Positions 37,648-46,388 of a stretch of DNA of 64,000 nucleotides are shown in pieces. Every line of letters begins with the position of its first letter. The first letter of the stretch is position 1. Location of the stretch: positions 24,409-88,408 of the forward strand of contig CAWCKE010000006.1 in the NCBI GenBank assembly GCA_963796115.1, read 5' to 3'. Source of the stretch: an uncultured Acidimicrobiia bacterium. GTDB lineage: Bacteria > Actinomycetota > Acidimicrobiia > Spongiisociales > UBA11373. The position numbers and the translations under genes are program-made. The notes under the pieces are model-generated. The model was not told the origin of the DNA. It ran no database searches and was given only the letters and a program-made list of their open reading frames with translations.

Positions 37648-38571
37648 GTGGCCGCCCGCCCACCTGCTCCCGGTCGCACCCCCCTGGTGCCCCTGCCGGC
37701 CTTCTCGCCCAGTCCGGGCATCTCGCTGTACGCCAAGCTGGAGTGGCACAACCCGACCGGGTCGGTCAAGGACCGCCCGGCGCGCTGGATGCTCGACGCC
37801 GCCGAGCGCGACGGCCTGGTCGAGCCGGGCGACGCCCTGGTCGAGCCGACCTCGGGGAACACCGGCATCGCCCTGGCCTGCCTCGCCCGCCTGCGGGGGT
37901 ACCGGATGACGGTGGTCGTCCCCGATAACGCGGGCGAGGAGCGCAAGGCCCTGCTGCGGGCGTTCGGGGCGGAGGTGGTGGAGAGCCCGGGGGAGCGGGG
38001 GGCCAACGGCGCGGTGGAAGTCGCCTCCGACATCGCCGCCGCCGGCCGGCACACGATGCTCTTCCAGTACGCCAACCCGGCCAACCCGCTGTCCCACTAC
38101 GAGGGAACCGGCCCGGAGATCCTGGAGCAGGCGGGCCGGGTCGATGCCTTCGTCGCCGGCCTGGGCACCGGGGGCACACTCATGGGGGTGGGGCGGGCGC
38201 TGCGCGAGGCCGACCCGGCCACCCGGGTGGTGGCCGCCGCCCCTCCCACCGGGGAGAGCGTGCTCGGCCTGCGGTCGCTGGAGGACGGCTTCCTCCCCCC
38301 CATCTTCGACCCGGCCGCCATCGACGCCCGCATCCTGGTGAGCACCGCCGATGCGGTACGGGCCACCCGGCGCCTGCTGGCGGAGGAGGGTCTGTTCGTC
38401 GGCCTGTCGTCGGGGGCGGTGCTCCACGCCGCGCTGCGCTGGGCGGAGCGACTCGAGGAGGGCACGCTGGTCTTGCTGTTCGCCGATGCCGGCTGGAAGT
38501 ACCTCTCGAGCGGCGCCTGGGAGGGGACGGTGGAAGAGGCGGCGGCCCGTCTGAACGGGAGGCCGTGGTGA
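37648..38571 (+). CDS. cysM: PLP-dependent cysteine synthase CysM (CysO-thiocarboxylate-dependent type)
   Basis: LEWHNPTGSVKDRPA (PLP lysine), EPTSGNTGIALA, GLGTGGTLMGVG, GLSSGA. Confidence 0.9.
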   Translation: MAARPPAPGRTPLVPLPAFSPSPGISLYAKLEWHNPTGSVKDRPARWMLDAAERDGLVEPGDALVEPTSGNTGIALACLARLRGYRMTVVVPDNAGEERKALLRAFGAEVVESPGERGANGAVEVASDIAAAGRHTMLFQYANPANPLSHYEGTGPEILEQAGRVDAFVAGLGTGGTLMGVGRALREADPATRVVAAAPPTGESVLGLRSLEDGFLPPIFDPAAIDARILVSTADAVRATRRLLAEEGLFVGLSSGAVLHAALRWAERLEEGTLVLLFADAGWKYLSSGAWEGTVEEAAARLNGRPW

Positions 38572-38602
38572 CACCGGCACCGGCCGGTCAGGAGGCACGC
38601 AC

Positions 38603-39775
38603 ATGACGGTCGACTACGGGGCTTTCGTCAACCGGGTGCGGGGATCGGTCGTCGAGATCACCCCGGCGGAACTGGAAGCGCGCCCGGCGGGATCCGTGGA
38701 GGTCATCGACGTGCGCGAGGCCGAGGAGTGGGAGCAGGGGGCGATCCCCGGCGCCTGGTGGGTGGCCCGGGGGGTGCTCGAGGGCAACGTCGCCCTGCAC
38801 CTGCCCGACCCCGACACCGAGATCGTGCTCTACTGCTCCAGCGGGCCCCGTTCGATCCTGGGGGCCCGGGCCCTGCAGGACATGGGCTACCGGCGGGTAG
38901 CCTCTCTTCTGGGCGGCTTCGACCGCTGGAAGGCCGAAGGGCGCAAATGGGAGGTGCCCGTGGGACTCGACGCAGGCCAGCGGGTGCGTTACAGCCGGCA
39001 TCTGCTGCTTCCCGAGATCGGGGAGGCCGGGCAGGAGAAGCTGCTGGTGTCCAAGGTGCTGCTGGTGGGGGCGGGGGGACTCGGCTCCCCGGTGGCCCTG
39101 TACCTGGCGGCGGCCGGGGTGGGCACGCTGGGCATAGTGGACTTCGACCTGGTCGATGCCACCAACTTGCAGCGCCAGGTGATCCACAACCTGGACCAGG
39201 TGGGCCGGCTCAAGGTGGAGTCCGCCGCCGAGGCCATCCGCCGCCTCAACCCCGACGTGAAGGTGGTCACCTACCCGGTGCGGCTCTCCGCCGCCAATGC
39301 CCTCGAGATCATGGCCGGCTACGAGGTGGTCGTGGACGGCGCCGACAACTTCCCCGTGCGCTACCTGATGAACGACGCCTCGCTGCACCTCCGCATTCCG
39401 GTGGTGCACGGCTCCATCTTCCGCTTCGAGGGCCAGGCCAGCGTGTTCGCGCCCTACCAGGGCCCCTGCTACCGGTGCCTGTTCCCGGAGCCACCGCCGC
39501 CCGAACTCGCCCCCTCCTGCGCCGAGGCCGGGGTGCTCGGGGTGCTCCCCGGGATCATCGGGTCCATCCAGGCGGTGGAGGCGATCAAGCTGCTCCTGGG
39601 CATCGGGCAGCCCCTCGTGGGCCGGCTGCTCACCTACGACTCGCTGGCCCAGGAGTTCCGCACCCTGGTGGTGCGCCGCGACCCGGATTGCCCCGCCTGC
39701 GCCGACGAGAGCCGGGTGCCGGAGCTCGTCGAGTACGACGACGCCTGCCGCCCCGCACCCACTGTGGCCCGCTGA
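38603..39775 (+). CDS. moeZ: MoeB/ThiF-type adenylyltransferase with an N-terminal rhodanese domain (MoeZ-like sulfurtransferase, permuted domain order)
   Basis: Residues about 20-115 form a rhodanese domain (VIDVREAEEWEQGAIPGA...LYCSSGPRSILGARAL, active-site Cys loop). RYSRHLLLPEIGEAGQEKL...LLVGAGGLGSPVALYLAAAGVG follows, with CYRCLFPEPPPPELAPSCAEAGVLG and CPAC. Confidence 0.85.
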   Translation: MTVDYGAFVNRVRGSVVEITPAELEARPAGSVEVIDVREAEEWEQGAIPGAWWVARGVLEGNVALHLPDPDTEIVLYCSSGPRSILGARALQDMGYRRVASLLGGFDRWKAEGRKWEVPVGLDAGQRVRYSRHLLLPEIGEAGQEKLLVSKVLLVGAGGLGSPVALYLAAAGVGTLGIVDFDLVDATNLQRQVIHNLDQVGRLKVESAAEAIRRLNPDVKVVTYPVRLSAANALEIMAGYEVVVDGADNFPVRYLMNDASLHLRIPVVHGSIFRFEGQASVFAPYQGPCYRCLFPEPPPPELAPSCAEAGVLGVLPGIIGSIQAVEAIKLLLGIGQPLVGRLLTYDSLAQEFRTLVVRRDPDCPACADESRVPELVEYDDACRPAPTVAR

Positions 39776-40028
39776 AAGACGGGGCCGCGGTCTGTCGGAT
39801 TGCCTTGTCGGCGGGGGCCGGCCGCCCGGCTTTCTGAGCAGGCGATTCGTCGCCGCTACACTGTATGGCGACAAGAGCGGGGCTGATGTGCTCCAGGTCT
39901 CTCGGGCTGCATGGTTGCCGACCCGGAAGGCACGAGGTGGACCTGACCTCATTGAGTACCCCGCAGCCGAACCCGCGGTGACCGCCGCGGGGCGGCAGGA
40001 CGAGAATGGTCGAGAGGCAGCAGCCCGA

Positions 40029-40442
40029 ATGAATATCTATGTAGGGAACCTTCCCTTCAGTTACACGTCTGCCGACCTGGAGAAGTTGTTCACCAGGCAC
40101 GGCACCGTGGCATCCGCCCAGGTGGTCACCGATCGCACCACCGGGCGCTCCCGGGGTTTCGGCTTCGTGGAGATGGAAAGTGACGACGAGGCCCGCGCCG
40201 CCATCACGGCGCTCGCCGAGACAGACATCGATGGTCGCCGGCTGACGGTGAACGAGGCTCGTCCTCGCGCCGAGCGGCGCCCCTCCGATCGTGGCGGCTA
40301 CGGCGGCGGCTACGGCGGCGGCGGACGCAGCGGCGGCGGCGGCTACGGCGGCGGTCGTCCCGGCGGCGGCGGCCGTCCCGGCGGCGGCGGCGGTCGTGGC
40401 TACGACCGCGGCGGCAGCAGCTACGGCGATCGCGGTCGCTGA
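40029..40442 (+). CDS. RRM-domain RNA-binding protein with Gly/Arg/Tyr-rich tail
   Basis: RNP2 IYVGNL and RNP1 RGFGFVEM. C-terminal GGYGGGYGGGGRSGGGGYGGGRPGGGGRPGGGGGRGY. Confidence 0.85.
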   Translation: MNIYVGNLPFSYTSADLEKLFTRHGTVASAQVVTDRTTGRSRGFGFVEMESDDEARAAITALAETDIDGRRLTVNEARPRAERRPSDRGGYGGGYGGGGRSGGGGYGGGRPGGGGRPGGGGGRGYDRGGSSYGDRGR

Positions 40443-40457
40443 GGCTGACAAGCACTA

Positions 40458-40498
40458 GCGAGAAGGCGGCCCGGGCAGTGCCCGGGCCGCCTTCTCGC
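40458..40498 (+). terminator. very strong hairpin (18-bp perfect stem, 5-nt loop)
   Basis: gcgagaaggcggcccggg / cagtg / cccgggccgccttctcgc, starting 16 nt after the RRM gene stop. Confidence 0.7.
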
Positions 40499-40619
40499 GT
40501 GTCCGAGGTGGCGCGGCGCCGGGTAGGCTCGGCGGCGTGACCGCCCGAGCCTTCTGCCCGACTCGCCTTCCCCTCGTCTGGGCACCCTGGCTGCGCCCGC
40601 TCGGCCGTGCTGATCGGGG

Positions 40620-40950
40620 GTGCGGCCCAGCCGGAACTGGGTCGAGGTGGGGCCGGACCTGCTGACGGCCTCGTTCGGCTCGCTGGCGCTGGCCGAGGTG
40701 CCGCTGGCCTGCATCCGTTCGGCTCGGCCGCGTGCGCTGGCCCTGGTGGTGCGGCTACGGGGTCCGCTGGTACGACCGGGAGGCCGTGGGCTTCGTCGGG
40801 CGGGGGAAGGGCGTGGTGGAGCTCACGCTCGACCCGCCGGTCCAGGTGCGGGCGGTGTTGCAGCGGCGGGTGCGGCGGCTGGCGCTCTCACCCGGGGACC
40901 CGGATCGCCTTCTCGCCCTGCTGGGTGAGCCGGCCGGCCCCGGGCCGTGA
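40620..40950 (+). pseudogene. small hypothetical protein (about 110 aa, possibly PH-like), frame break near 40730-40740
   Basis: ORF 40620.. reads NWVEVGPDLLTASFGSLALAEVPLACIRSARP. ORF 40732..40950 reads VRWPWWCGYGVRWYDREAVGFVGRGKGVVELTLDPPVQV...LSPGDPDRLLALLGE. Both halves have high GC3. Combined length 331 = 1 mod 3. Confidence 0.4.
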
Positions 40951-41005
40951 GGGCGCCGGCCTCCGGACGCGGCCGGCGCGGCTGCCCCGGCATCCCGGGG
41001 GTGGC

Positions 41006-42278
41006 TCATCCCCGGTCGAGGCGGTACAGCGACCCGTCGGCCGAGGTGAAGTAGAGCTCCCCGGCGCCGTCGAGGCCGAAGGAGGTGAGGCCGGGCACCG
41101 GGCCGAGGGTGTCGCTCCAGACCCGGGTCTCCTGGACGCCCTCGGGGCCGCGGCGGAACGAGGCGATCATCCCCGAGCAGTAGTCCCCGTAGAAGTAGGC
41201 CCCGGCCAGTTCCGGTATGGCGCGCCCGCGGTACACGTACCCCCCGGTGACGGAGCAGTTGCCGCCGGTGTGCCCGTACTCCAACTCGGGGAGGTGGAAG
41301 GCGCCGGGGTCGCAGCCCTCCGCCCGGTAGCAGTGGCTGCCCTCGGTGACCGACCAACCGAAGTTGAGGGCAGCGGGAGGCGACGGGGGCGACGTCGATC
41401 TCCTCCCATTCGCCCTGGCCACATCGCCGATGTAGATCAACTCCCCATCGAAGGAGAAGCGCCAGGGGTTGCGCAGGCCTTTGGCCCACACCTCCGGCGC
41501 GCCGCCTCCGGCGGCGTAGGGGTTGTCCGGGGGGATGGAGTAGGGGTCGCCCTCGACATCGATGCGCAGGATCGAGCCGAGCAATGCCTCCGGGTCCTGT
41601 CCGTTCGCGTGGGGGTCGCCGGCCCCGCCCCCGTCGCCGAGGCCGATGTAGAGGTAGCCGTCGGGCCCGAAGGCGATCATCCCGCCGTTGTGGTTCGCCG
41701 CTGGCTGGTCCACGGTGAGCAGCACCCGGCGGGACCCGGGGTCGGCGGCATCCGGGTCGGCGGAAACCCGGTACTCCGCCACCACGGTGTCGCCCGTCCC
41801 GGTCGGTGTAGTCGACGTAGAACCGGCCGTCGCCGGGGTAGTCGGGGTGGAAGGCCAGGCCGAGGAGGCCCTGCTCCCCTCCGTAGGCGATCGAGTCGGA
41901 GAGGTCGAGGAAGGTCCCGGTGACCTCACCGCCGCGCAGCAGCCGGATGTGCCCATCCTGTTCCACCACGAACAGCCGGTCGTCCCCCGGAGGGGCGGCC
42001 ACGAACAGGGGGGCGGTCAGGCCGGAGGCCACCTCGGTGAAGGCCAGGTCGATGTCGGCCAGCGGCCTGGGGGCGATGGTCGTGGTGGTGGAGGGCGCGG
42101 TGGTGGTCGCCGCGAGGGTGGTGGAGGGGCTCGTGGAGGAAGCGGGCAGCGTGGTGGTGGAATGGTCGGGCAGCGTGGTGGTGGAAGTGGGCCCGGGCAG
42201 CGAGGTGGCGGGCTCTCCCGCGGTGGAGCAGGCTGCCCCGATCAGGGCGGAGGCGAGGAGCAGGGCAAGGGCGCGCAC
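41006..42278 (-). pseudogene. PQQ-dependent sugar (glucose/sorbosone) dehydrogenase-like beta-propeller with signal/lipoprotein-like leader; three frame breaks
   Basis: Leader MRALALLLASALIGAACS, then a Thr/Ser/Pro linker. RLFVVEQDGHIRLL, GEQGLLGLAFHPDY, NHNGGMIAFGPDGYLYIGLGDGG, GLRNPWRFSFD, NFGWSVTEG. Breaks at about 41790, about 41432 and about 41372; GQGEWEEIDVAP appears only in the alternate frame. Confidence 0.8.
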
Positions 42279-42327
42279 GGCAGGTGAACGTAGCCGGGCG
42301 CCGTCGCTATGGCGGGGGGCGGCTGCC

Positions 42328-43596
42328 TCACACCTTCTGCAGCGCCTGACTCAGGTCGAGGATCAGGTCGTCGGGGTGCTCCAGGCCCACCGAGACGCGC
42401 ACCAGGCCCTCGGTGACCCCGGCCGAGCAGTTCTCCTCCGGCGTCGCCTCGGAGTGGGTCATGGTCATGGGGTGCTCGGCCAGCGACTCGGTGCTTCCCA
42501 GGCTCACCGCCAGGTGGATCAACTCGAGCGCGTTGAGGAAGCGATAGGCGGCCTCGACGCCGCCCTTCACCTCGAAGGAGATCATGGCGCCCGGGCCCAG
42601 GCATTGGCTGCTCGTAGAGGGAGTGCTGGGGAGTGCCGGGGACGAGGCGCCCCAGGTAGTTGACCCGCCCGACCTTCGGGTGCCCGGCCAGGAACTCGGC
42701 CACCGCGTGCGCGCCGACCCCGCCTGGCGCAGCATGCGCACCTGGAGGGTCTCCAGGCTGCGCATCAGCAGCCACCCGGTCCACGGGTCGGTCTGGGTCC
42801 CCAGCAGGGTGCGGAACGCCCGGATCTGCTCGACCAGGGCGGCGGAGCCGAGGGCGGCGCCGGCGATGAGGTCGCTGTGGCCGCCGATGTACTTGGTGGC
42901 CGAGTAGAGGACGATGTCGGCCCCGTGCTCCAGGGGATGCTGGAACAGCGGCCCCAGGAAGGTGTTGTCCACCGCCAGCGGCACCGGGCGCTCGGCGGTG
43001 GAGTGGCGGGCGGCGAGGCGGGCGCACATGGAGATGTCGATGAGGTCGTTGGTCGGGTTGGCCGGCGTCTCGATCAGCACGAAGGCGAGCCCGCCGCCGG
43101 CGGCGGCGATGCGCTCCTCGATCTGCTCCTCGTCGGCCGCGCAGCCGAAACGGACGACCCGGACGCCCAGCTGGGGCAGCAGCCAGTTGACCAGGTGATG
43201 AGTCCCCCCGTAGAGCGGCTCGCTGGCAGCGAGCAAGTCGCCGGGGCGAAGGAAGGCGAGCAGGGTGGTGCCGATGGCCGCCATGCCCGAGTTGAAGAGG
43301 GCGCAGTCCTCGGCCCCGTCCCACAGGGCCAGGCGGTCTTCGGCGATCTCCAGGTCGGGGTTGTTGAGGCGGGAGTAGATGAGCCCCTGCATCTCCCCGG
43401 GACCGGGCTCCCGCTTGCCCTGGGCCATCTCGAAGAAGGCGCGGCCCTCCTCGGCATTGCGGAACACGAAGGTCGAGGTCTGGAAGATGGGGGTCTTGGC
43501 GGCGCCCTCCGACCACTCCGGCTTGTAGCCGTAGGACATCATGAGGCTCTCAGGGTGGAGGGGCACCCCGGCGATCTCGTCCTTCCACTTCGACAT
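42328..43596 (-). pseudogene. PLP-dependent Cys/Met-metabolism enzyme (methionine gamma-lyase / cystathionine gamma-synthase family); two compensating frame breaks
   Basis: FNSGMAAI, DNTFLGP, YSATKYIGGHSDLIAG (PLP lysine). Between about 42715 and about 42607 the conserved AHAVAEFLAGHPKVGRVNYLG...LYEQ is only in the frame of ORF 42242..43516, after which QCLGPGAMISFEVKGG resumes in the original frame. Confidence 0.85.
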
Positions 43597-43692
43597 GGCG
43601 CCTCCGGTGTCGCGGGCGAGGACGGGCGCGGCTGCTGCCCGGAACCAGGCTACTCGGGGGCCCCCTCCGCCGCGGGAGGCGGGCGGATGGGC

Positions 43693-43723
43693 TTGACTCT
43701 CCAGTGGCTCGAGGGTTCACACT
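43693..43723 (+). promoter_or_regulatory. MerR-type promoter: TTGACT, 19-nt spacer containing an imperfect inverted repeat, CACACT
   Basis: -35 TTGACT at 43693-43698, spacer at 43699-43717, -10-like cAcacT at 43718-43723. Arms ACTCTCCAG / CTCGAGGGT pair at 7 of 9 positions across a 3-nt centre. Located about 40 nt upstream of the MerR-family gene start. Confidence 0.5.
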
Positions 43724-43765
43724 GCCCTCCGGGCCTCTGCGGAGGCTCGGCGAACGGAGGCTGGG

Positions 43766-44588
43766 GTGTTCAAGATCGGTGACTTCTCCCGGTTGTGCAT
43801 GGTGCCGGTGTCGGCGCTGCGCTACTACGACGAGCTCGGCTTGCTCGCCCCGGCGGCCGTCGATCCTGCCTCCGGGTACCGGTACTACACCGCCGCCCAA
43901 CTGCACACGGTGAACCGCATCGCGGCCCTCAAGGATCTGGGGCTGGCCCTGGAGGAGATCCGGGCGGTCCTGGGCGAGGGCCTCGGAGTGGGGGAGTTGC
44001 GCGGCATGCTGCGGCTGAAGCGAGCCGAAGCGAGCCGGCGGGTGGCCGAGGAACAGCAGCGCCTGGAGCGGGTCGAGGCTCGCCTCCACCTGATCGAGAA
44101 GGAGGGCAGGATGCCGGAGCAGGAAGTGGTGGTGAAGTCGGTGCCCGAGGTGCGGGGCCTGGGCATGCGAGCGAAGGTGGCCGGCCCGCCGGGCATAGCC
44201 GAGTTCCTCGGTGACGGCTTCGCCGGCCTCGGCATGGCCGGGGTGGCCCTCGCCGGGCCGCCGATGGTGGTGTACCACGACCCCGAGTTCTCCCCCGAGT
44301 CGATCGACACGGAGATGGTCTGCCCGGTGGCCCCCGGCGTGAAGGGCCCTCTGGCCACGCCGGCGGGCCGCACTCTGGAGCCGTGCACGCGTGCCCGGGG
44401 GCGAGGTGGCCGTCATCGTGCACGTGGGCCCGTACGAGGCTCTCGGCGAGTCCTACCAGACCCTGGCAGACTGGATGGGGCAGCACGGCTACCGGGGGAG
44501 CGGCCCGCCGCAAGAGATCTACCTCAGTTCGCCCATGGAACCGGGCCCACCGGTGACCGAGATCCGCTTCCCGGTGGAGAAGGGGTGA
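43766..44588 (+). pseudogene. MerR-family transcriptional regulator with C-terminal GyrI-like effector-binding domain; one extra base near 44375-44390
   Basis: FKIGDFSRLCMVPVSALRYYDELGLL...YRYYTAAQL (MerR HTH) and a coiled linker. The GyrI-like domain continues in ORF 44391..44588 (PGGEVAVIVHVGPYEALGESYQTLADWM...EIRFPV). GGAGG RBS before GTG 43766. Length 823 = 1 mod 3. Confidence 0.85.
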
Positions 44589-45622
44589 GCCCATGGACTC
44601 TGCGGCCCTTCCCCGACTTCACGGCCTTCCCTACCCACCATTGCGTGACCGGGTCGCTCCGGCACATCTACGAGCACCATGGCTGCCCGATCTCGGAAGA
44701 CCTCCTGCTCGGCCTGGGCCGGGGACTGGGGTTCGTCTACTTCCACATTGCCGACCTGGACCCCTTCTACGGGGGGAGGGCCAATGTCGGCCGCCCCGGA
44801 GAGGAGGGCCTGGAGAAGACGGCAGGGAGGCGCACCGGGGTCGGGGTGGAGGCCCACACCACCGCCAGTGCCCGGAAGGCCCAGCAGGCGCTGCGCGCCT
44901 CCCTCGAGGCAGGCGAGCCCGTGATGGTCTATCTCGACATGGGCTTCCTGCCCTACTTCGACTTGCCCGACGAATACCACTTCGGTGGCCACGTCGTGGT
45001 CGTGGCCGGCTACGACCCGGGCACCGGCCGGGTGCTGATCGCCGACCGCGACCCGGGGCTGCACCCGGTGGACTGGGACGCGCTGGAAAGGGCCCGGGGC
45101 TCGACGTACAAGCCTTTCCCTCCGCAGCACAAGTGGTTCACGTTCGACTTCTCGGGGGCGCGTGCGCCCGGCGCCGAGGAAGTGCGGGAGGCGATCGGCG
45201 AGGCGTGCCGCGGGATGCTGGAGCCGCCCATCGCCAACCTCGGGGTCAAGGGCATCCGCAAGGCACGGACCGAGACCCTGAGGTGGCCGGAATTGCTGGA
45301 CGAGGCGGCGCTGCGGCGCACCTGCGCCAGCACCGCCATGTTCATCGATCATCGCGGCGGCACCGGCGGAGGGATCTTCCGCTACATGTACGCCCGCTTC
45401 CTCGGCGAGGCCGCGGCGATCACCGGGGAGCCGCGGCTGGCGCCGATGGGCGCCGAGTTGCGGGCCATCGGGGACCGCTGGGAGACCGTCGCCGCGGCCC
45501 TGGCTCGGGCCGCCCGGGCGAAGGCCCCTGCCGCGCTGCTCGAGGAGGCCACCCGGCCCCTGGACGAGATTGCCGATTGCGAAGAGGACTTCTGGGGCCG
45601 CCTGGCCGCCCTGATCGCCTGA
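44585..45622 (+). CDS. BtrH_N (papain-like fold) plus DUF4872-like protein
   Basis: GTG 44585 overlaps the regulator stop (GTGA). HHCVTGSLRHIYEHHGCPISEDLLLGLGRGLGFVYF...PVMVYLDMGFLPYF...HFGGHVVVVAGYDPGTGRVLIADRD matches my recollection of the BtrH N-terminal family pattern. Confidence 0.55.
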   Translation: MSPWTLRPFPDFTAFPTHHCVTGSLRHIYEHHGCPISEDLLLGLGRGLGFVYFHIADLDPFYGGRANVGRPGEEGLEKTAGRRTGVGVEAHTTASARKAQQALRASLEAGEPVMVYLDMGFLPYFDLPDEYHFGGHVVVVAGYDPGTGRVLIADRDPGLHPVDWDALERARGSTYKPFPPQHKWFTFDFSGARAPGAEEVREAIGEACRGMLEPPIANLGVKGIRKARTETLRWPELLDEAALRRTCASTAMFIDHRGGTGGGIFRYMYARFLGEAAAITGEPRLAPMGAELRAIGDRWETVAAALARAARAKAPAALLEEATRPLDEIADCEEDFWGRLAALIA

Positions 45623-45663
45623 GCCGGGGTCCGGCAACCCTCCGCGCCTGCCTGCGGCAGGCC

Positions 45664-45812
45664 GTTCCCATGCTCCCCCTAAGGGGGGAGTGCCGAGGGA
45701 GCGCAGCGAGCGAGGCGAGGGGGTGCTTGTCCCACCGATTCAGGCGGGAGACGCACCCCCTCCGTCCCGGGCCTGCGGCCCGGTCCACCTCCCCCTTGGG
45801 GGAGGCATGGGA
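45664..45812. repeat. pair of inverted ~28-nt motifs, each itself a hairpin, flanking ~110 nt in a convergent intergenic gap
   Basis: ttcccatgctccccctaaggggggagtg (45664-45692) against the reverse complement of cacctcccccttgggggaggcatgggag (45786-45812), which is ctcccatgcctcccccaagggggaggtg. Confidence 0.65.
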
Positions 45813-45833
45813 GCCAGCAATATCCCGCGGCCC

Positions 45834-46388
45834 TTAGCGCAGCAGGGCGTACATCGCCATGTCGGTGGGGCCGGCGGGGAGGGTCAGCCGGCGGCGCAGC
45901 GTCCCTTCGTACTCGGCGCCGACCTTCTCGGCGACCCGGCGGCTGGCGGCGTTGTGCACCGCCATCATGAGCTCGAGCCGGTGCAGGCCCAGCTCGGCGA
46001 AGCCGAAGCCCGCCACCAGGCGGGCGGCGGAGGTAGCCACCCCCCGCCCCGTGGCCGAGGTGCGCACCCAGAAGCCCAGGCCGGCGGTGCCGTGCTCCCG
46101 CTCGACGGGGCAGAGCCCGCAGGAGCCCAGGTACCGCCCGGTGGCCTCTTCGCGGACGGCGAAGTAGTAGGCCGCCCCGGACTCCCAGGCCCGGTCCCAG
46201 CCGAGGGCATGGTCGGCCGCCTCCTCCAGGGTGTAGCCCTCGTGGCACCAGGTCTCGAAGGGGGCGACCTCGCCCCACGACTCCCGCACCGCCTCGAGCA
46301 GGGCGGGGCCGTCGCCGGCCCGGTAGCGGCCCAGCCGCAAGCCCTCGCCGGCCAGGGTCTCCGGCGAGCCCACGCCGCCCCTAGCCAT
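45834..46388 (-). CDS. GNAT family N-acetyltransferase (RimJ/RimL-like)
   Basis: ATG 46388 overlaps the dpaL stop by 8 nt. LGFWVRTSATGRGVATSAARLVAGFGFAELGLHRLELMMAVHNAASRRVAEKVG is the GNAT acetyl-CoA-binding core. Confidence 0.8.
   Translation of the reverse strand: MARGGVGSPETLAGEGLRLGRYRAGDGPALLEAVRESWGEVAPFETWCHEGYTLEEAADHALGWDRAWESGAAYYFAVREEATGRYLGSCGLCPVEREHGTAGLGFWVRTSATGRGVATSAARLVAGFGFAELGLHRLELMMAVHNAASRRVAEKVGAEYEGTLRRRLTLPAGPTDMAMYALLR

Noticed and set aside
40300-40440. GGC/GGT-rich tandem repetition at the 3' end of the RRM gene as a non-coding microsatellite.
   Set aside because: It is in frame and encodes the Gly/Arg/Tyr-rich tail typical of this protein family.
43597-43692. 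A possible SAM or methionine riboswitch in the leader of the PLP Cys/Met enzyme gene (minus strand).
   Set aside because: I could not recognise SAM-I or SAM-IV core elements. The region is short and is better explained as the divergent promoter shared with the MerR gene. A covariance-model scan would be needed to be sure.
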